The notes under the pieces: model-generated
Told to the model about the DNA's origin: nothing
Database searches by the model: none
What the model saw: only the letters and a program-made list of their open reading frames with translations
Shown here: positions 59,345 through 64,000 of the stretch, piece by piece
How the letters are laid out: every line of letters begins with the position of its first letter
How positions within the stretch are numbered: position 1 is the stretch's first letter
NCBI GenBank assembly: GCA_963668025.2
Contig: CAXXTH010000017.1
Location: forward strand, 1,408,001 to 1,472,000
DNA from: Candidatus Hydrogenedentota bacterium
GTDB taxonomy: Bacteria > Hydrogenedentota > Hydrogenedentia > Hydrogenedentales > SLHB01
Length of the DNA: 64,000 bases
Reading direction: 5' to 3'
Translations under genes and position numbers: made by a program

Positions 59345-61804
59345 ATGAACACAAAAAACGCTACAAAGGAAAAAAACGAAGAGAATAGATGCAAACCAAA
59401 AAGATTCGGTTTCAGGTTTACACGTAACTCATATCCCACTATACTATTTGCTGTCGCCGCCGTCTTTCTTTCCTGGCAAGCAGCCGGATTTGATTACTCC
59501 GAACCGATGCCCTGTGTGAAGGGTTTGCCGCTTGATGCCCCGGAAATGCCGTTTGTACTCCGGTTCACGGAGGAAGAGCTGCTCGCCCAGCCCATTTGGA
59601 GCAAAGAAATTGACGGGATAATCATCCCCAAGAATACGCCTTCGCCGATTCGTTTGGGCGCGGATGCGTTGAGAGCCACTATCGTGAAGTATCAGTTGGG
59701 CGAGGCCCCGTTCATCGAGATGGACGCCAATCAAGCCGAATTGCCTATAGAATTGGAGGGGAATCGCTTCATCGTTCTTGGAACACCGCAGGACTTCAAA
59801 TTGGCGGAAATGCTCGCGAAGGAAGCGAACCTGGATGTCACGGATGAAGCGCTCAATGGGGATGGTTTCCATATCAAGCCGGTGAAACAAGGGAAGCAGG
59901 ATGTTCTTTTGATTACGTCGCCCATGAGCAGGGGCGTCATGTATGGCGCATATGAATTGGATGAACGGACCACGAAGCGGGGCGTTCCGCGTATTGATGA
60001 CGTGTTCGTTCCGAGCATGCGTTACCGGGGATGGTCCATCTTTAACGGAATACCAGCGTTATACGAGTCCAATGGACGCTGGCGTGACAATATATCGAGC
60101 GAATACAGCGCTTGGTGGCCGCATGTGCTGCCGTACAAAGAGTATCCGGAGCTTGGGGGTGAAGCGAATCACACATATATTAGTGAGCAAGCAAGCCGTT
60201 TGCATGATGTTTTCGTGAACGCGGCCAAGCGTGGGAGCATGCCTGCGTTCACACTGAATCCTCTGTCTCTCCAATGGACGCCGTGCGGGCTCGAAGCGGC
60301 ACGCAAAGTGCTCTCCGAGGAATACCCAGGCATTCTGGCGCAGCCCGCCGACAAGTATCCGTACAGCCTGTGTCCTTCCCATCCCGAAACGCGCCGTTTC
60401 GTGGCCAGCATGGCTCGGGAATTTGTCGAGACTTTTCCGGAGACGGAACTGTTGATCCTCCAGATGTCCGACGAAGGCGGTGAAGTGCTGTGCGATTGCG
60501 AGCAATGCAAAAAAACGCCGTATTACGAAAGGCTCATCGATTACATCAACCTCACGATCTCCACGGCCCGTGCGGTGAATCCCAAAATGAAGTTCATTCT
60601 TTTCGGCAGTGGCATATGCAACAAAATAAGCATGTACGATCCTCAATTGGGAAGCGACCCGAATATCGGACTGAAAACACTGTACAACCGGGTGGGGGGC
60701 GATATCGAATTCATCATGCTCATGGCTACTTCTCCGCCGGGATTTGATGTGCAGACCTGGTTTTCACCGGATTCCACGATGCTGGGCCAAGGCGTGCCGC
60801 TGTATTACTTGCTGAATTGGTACGAAGCCGGGTGGCCGGGCATCGCCATTCCGATTTCACCGGTCATGAGCCATTTGAGCTGGCCCTTGCCGTTGTACCT
60901 CGAACGCTACAAAAAATTCACGGCTCCTGGAAGCGGCACGATAGGCGCCGACAGTCCGGTCGCGGGGATGAATGTGGCGTTTTGGGATCGGAATTTGGAT
61001 CCGCAGAAGTATATGAAGAATTGGTGCCAGGCCAAATTCGGAAAAGAAGCTGGCGATTATGCATACAAAGCCCTGGTGGACACGGACAAGATCACCAGTG
61101 CGTTCTACCTAGACACCAAGCCTAATGTCAACGAGAGTTTCGATATGTATCGCTGGGGGGCGTGCGGCCAGCCTTGGGCGGTGAATATGGATTCGCTGGC
61201 GAATGCCGGTTTTGAGAAAGACCTCAGCGGGCAAACGACCTTCGAGAGCATCGCCACCCTAGGCTTCATGTTCCCGCAAGCGCCCCGCCCCGACGCTTTC
61301 AAGACGCTGGCGCGGGATACGATGGCTCCTTGGGTCAAGCGGTTTGAGCTATCCGAGGAGACCGCCATCGGCGATCGGGCGGCGGCCCTGATGGCCAAAG
61401 CGCTGAAACACAATCCAGACAATAAGGATCTGCAGCGCCTGGACCGCCTGGCGCGGGGAACGAAGGCGCTGGTCCATCTTTTCCGGGAATACCATTTGGC
61501 GATGGTCTACGCCAGCGCGGCGCGAAACGATAATGACTCCATGGAGAAGTCCCGGTTGGTGGAGCAGGCGCGGACGCTTTTGAAACAGGCCGCTGAAAAT
61601 GTCGAAGCCTACCGGGCAAGCATGCTGCCCATTACAAAAGATGAGACAGTACACATGCGAATGAAGCGGGACACGGAGATACTTTATGTCACCGCTGCCG
61701 CATGCATAGTCCGGGAAGCTGCTTATTTGTTCGACCAAGAGTTTGGCGGCGAAAGCGTGCTGGCGCACTTTGATCAAGCGATGGGATTGACAGAGCGCCC
61801 GTAA
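59345..61804 (+). CDS. Exported glycoside-hydrolase-like protein (GH20/GH67-type N-domain plus TIM barrel)
   Basis: SD GAGGAGG, signal/TM segment, motifs DGFHI..RGVMYGAYEL..P..RYRG, LCPSHP and DEGGEVLCDCEQC. Confidence 0.65.
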   Translation: MNTKNATKEKNEENRCKPKRFGFRFTRNSYPTILFAVAAVFLSWQAAGFDYSEPMPCVKGLPLDAPEMPFVLRFTEEELLAQPIWSKEIDGIIIPKNTPSPIRLGADALRATIVKYQLGEAPFIEMDANQAELPIELEGNRFIVLGTPQDFKLAEMLAKEANLDVTDEALNGDGFHIKPVKQGKQDVLLITSPMSRGVMYGAYELDERTTKRGVPRIDDVFVPSMRYRGWSIFNGIPALYESNGRWRDNISSEYSAWWPHVLPYKEYPELGGEANHTYISEQASRLHDVFVNAAKRGSMPAFTLNPLSLQWTPCGLEAARKVLSEEYPGILAQPADKYPYSLCPSHPETRRFVASMAREFVETFPETELLILQMSDEGGEVLCDCEQCKKTPYYERLIDYINLTISTARAVNPKMKFILFGSGICNKISMYDPQLGSDPNIGLKTLYNRVGGDIEFIMLMATSPPGFDVQTWFSPDSTMLGQGVPLYYLLNWYEAGWPGIAIPISPVMSHLSWPLPLYLERYKKFTAPGSGTIGADSPVAGMNVAFWDRNLDPQKYMKNWCQAKFGKEAGDYAYKALVDTDKITSAFYLDTKPNVNESFDMYRWGACGQPWAVNMDSLANAGFEKDLSGQTTFESIATLGFMFPQAPRPDAFKTLARDTMAPWVKRFELSEETAIGDRAAALMAKALKHNPDNKDLQRLDRLARGTKALVHLFREYHLAMVYASAARNDNDSMEKSRLVEQARTLLKQAAENVEAYRASMLPITKDETVHMRMKRDTEILYVTAAACIVREAAYLFDQEFGGESVLAHFDQAMGLTERP

Positions 61805-61928
61805 TGGTTATACCGTAAATCTTTGGGATGGAGTAACTTGCCAGGGTGGCGGCTTGCCGCCGCTCTGGTAAGCGCTGTTGGGGCGTCATTGATATTGCAT
61901 TCAGGCGATGAAAGAAGAGGGGCAAAAC

Positions 61929-62999
61929 ATGCATCAGATAACAGGGGCTAAACCGGATTTCGAGAACCTCAAGCATGTGTTGATGGGCGGGCGTGGCTGG
62001 CGCGTGCCCAATGTGGAATTGGTGATTGATGGCGCGATTAAAGCACAAATCATGGGCAAGCCGGTGGTGAGCGTTGCCGATGATCTCGAATTCCGCCGTT
62101 ATGCCGGTTACGACTATGCTTGGGTGAGTATCGGCATGGTCGATCCGGCGGGCACCGTGAATAAGGAGCTTGTGGATGCGGCTGTGGATCGGCATTATGC
62201 GGGTGAAGACGGGCGCGTATGGGCCGCTGAACATGAAGGGCGCATCTATTCCGAAGCGGACCTCGAACAATTTCCCTGGCCCAATCCGGCCACGCTCGAT
62301 TACAGTCCTTTCCTAGACACGCCTTTACCTGAAGGCATGAAATTCATTGCTATCTTGGGGAAAATCTTCACGGCCACCTGGGAACTCCTGGGCTATGAAC
62401 AATTCTGTTTGGATATGTGCATGCGCCCTGATTTCCTTAAAACGTTGGTGAAGCGAGTGGGGGATACGCAGTTGGCCGTTTTCGAACGCGTGGCGCATAT
62501 GGATTCCGTCGGCGCGGTATGGGTTCCTGATGATATCGCCTATCACACGGGGCTCATGGCTCCGCCAGACTGGCTCCGCGAACACGTGTTCTCTTACTAC
62601 CGCCAGATGGCCGAAGTCTGCCGCGCCCTGGATAAGCCGTTCATTTACCATTCCGACGGCGATCTGTGGTCTTTTCTCGACACGATACTAGACACTGGTT
62701 TCAACGCTTTGCACCCTATTGAACCGGAGAGCATGGACATCTATGCTGTCCGCGAATATGTGGGCAAGCGGATCTGCTTGATGGGCAATATTCGCGTGCA
62801 TACACTGGCGTCGGGCACGCCGGACGAGATACAGGCGCTCGTGCGGGACCGTATCGAGCATATAGGGTATGATGGAGCCTATTGTGTGGGCTCCAGCAAT
62901 TCGGTTCCGGATTACGTGCCCGTGGAGAATTATATGGCCATGCTGAAGGCCAGCGCGGAGTATGGAGCCGTGCCTGGCGCGGCGGGGAGCTGGGTGTGA
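61929..62999 (+). CDS. Uroporphyrinogen decarboxylase (URO-D/MtaA-like) family protein
   Basis: Motifs DDIAY..GLM, YHSDG, LHPIEP, LMGNI and GSSNSV..VPVENY. Confidence 0.85.
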   Translation: MHQITGAKPDFENLKHVLMGGRGWRVPNVELVIDGAIKAQIMGKPVVSVADDLEFRRYAGYDYAWVSIGMVDPAGTVNKELVDAAVDRHYAGEDGRVWAAEHEGRIYSEADLEQFPWPNPATLDYSPFLDTPLPEGMKFIAILGKIFTATWELLGYEQFCLDMCMRPDFLKTLVKRVGDTQLAVFERVAHMDSVGAVWVPDDIAYHTGLMAPPDWLREHVFSYYRQMAEVCRALDKPFIYHSDGDLWSFLDTILDTGFNALHPIEPESMDIYAVREYVGKRICLMGNIRVHTLASGTPDEIQALVRDRIEHIGYDGAYCVGSSNSVPDYVPVENYMAMLKASAEYGAVPGAAGSWV

Positions 63000-64000
63000 C
63001 GCATCCGATTGCATATATCGCGTATGGCGAGGGGCGTGTGCCTCTGGAGCTGGATCCCGCTTTAGCGGATTGGCGGGTGGTAAGCCCTCGGATGGAAGCG
63101 CCGCACGAGGAGCCCCATGCGGCATTTATCGCGGCCTGCCGCCACCCGGTGGGTTCACCGCCTCTACGGGATGTTATCCGCCCGCACGACCGAGTGGTGA
63201 TCTCGACTGCCGATGGCACTCGCCCCGTGCCGAATCGGCTGCTGATACCATGGCTTTTGGAGGAATTACCGGTTCCCACCGAACAAGTGACGGTGGTCTT
63301 GGGAACGGGCACGCACCGCCCCAATACGCCGGAGGAAATCGACGCCATTTTCGGGCCGGATGTGGCGAAAACGGTGCGCATCGTGAATCACGACGCCTAC
63401 GATCCCGCGCGCAACATCACGGTGGGGCGTACGGCCGATGGCGTCGAGGTGCGCCTTGGGCGCGATTACGTCGAGGCGGATAAGCGCATCGCACTAGGCT
63501 TCATCGAGCCCCATTTTTTCGCCGGTTTTTCGGGCGGGCCGAAGGCAGTAGCGCCGGGCGTGGCGTCGCTCGAAACCATTCTGCATTTGCATCGGTATGA
63601 GTTGATAGCCCATCCCGATAGCGTTTGGGGCGTGCTTGAAGAGAATCCACTCCACCGAACCATCCGGGAAATCGTGGCGCTTTGCCCGCCTGAGTTTTTG
63701 GTGAATGTGACGTTGAACTCTGATAAGGCCGTTACACGCGTATTCGCGGGCCATTATCTCGAAGCCCATCGCCTGGGATGCGCCTATGTGCGCGAGCAGG
63801 CCATGGCCCCTGTCGAGCGGTCTTTCCCCATCGTCGTCACCTCCAATAGTGGGCATCCACTCGATCAAAACTTGTATCAATCCGTGAAAGGCCTATCGGC
63901 GGCGGCGCGCATCGCACAAGAGGGAGGCTCGATTGTCATGGCCAGCGCCTGCCGGGATGGCATTCCCGCGCATGGCCGTTTCAGACAGATCCTGGCCGCG
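62996..64000 (+). CDS. LarA-family nickel-pincer racemase/epimerase (runs off the window end; absent from the ORF track)
   Basis: GTGA overlap start. Translation contains DGTRPVP, GTGTHR, NHD, EPHFFAGFSGGPK and PLDQNLYQSVKG. Confidence 0.88.
   Translation, partial: MTHPIAYIAYGEGRVPLELDPALADWRVVSPRMEAPHEEPHAAFIAACRHPVGSPPLRDVIRPHDRVVISTADGTRPVPNRLLIPWLLEELPVPTEQVTVVLGTGTHRPNTPEEIDAIFGPDVAKTVRIVNHDAYDPARNITVGRTADGVEVRLGRDYVEADKRIALGFIEPHFFAGFSGGPKAVAPGVASLETILHLHRYELIAHPDSVWGVLEENPLHRTIREIVALCPPEFLVNVTLNSDKAVTRVFAGHYLEAHRLGCAYVREQAMAPVERSFPIVVTSNSGHPLDQNLYQSVKGLSAAARIAQEGGSIVMASACRDGIPAHGRFRQILAA

Noticed and set aside
1-64000. tRNA, rRNA, tmRNA, RNase P and SRP genes
   Set aside because: No signature sequences recognised by eye in the intergenic regions. 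A tRNAscan/Rfam run would be needed to exclude them formally.

Overview
A 64-kb, roughly 60% GC bacterial chromosomal window. The many lipoproteins with Gly-Cys(-Pro) lipoboxes, the sulfatase-like genes and the LptF/G genes suggest a diderm organism, possibly Candidatus Hydrogenedentes (inference only). Most of it is housekeeping and envelope genes: amidase, LysM/M23 peptidase, truA, ruvB, a fused E1 alpha-beta dehydrogenase, aroA, hrcA-grpE-dnaK-dnaJ with a CIRCE operator, four GT4 glycosyltransferases, lptF/lptG, comB, two histidine kinases, nrdD/nrdG, sugar ABC components, fba, and URO-D-family and LarA-family genes. Mobile DNA consists of an intact IS1182-family element disrupting a sugar ABC permease, a CTAG-bounded composite element carrying DUF1670 and IS21 remnants plus cargo, and several REP/palindromic repeat families. 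The most striking unexplained signal lies between truA and ruvB (about 12030-12780). It is a tandem array of three minus-strand non-coding units. Each unit has a sigma28/FliA-type promoter (TA/CAAGTT-11 nt-GCCGATAT), GGA-loop hairpins of the CsrA/RsmA-binding type, GUCCC motifs and a homologous terminator, so these are candidate flagellar-sigma-driven CsrA-sponge or dual-function sRNAs. Also notable are a roughly 560-nt structured leader behind a NrdR-boxed nrdD promoter and an A7 tract that fuses NrdD in frame to NrdG. All family assignments come from motif recognition by eye, not from database searches.
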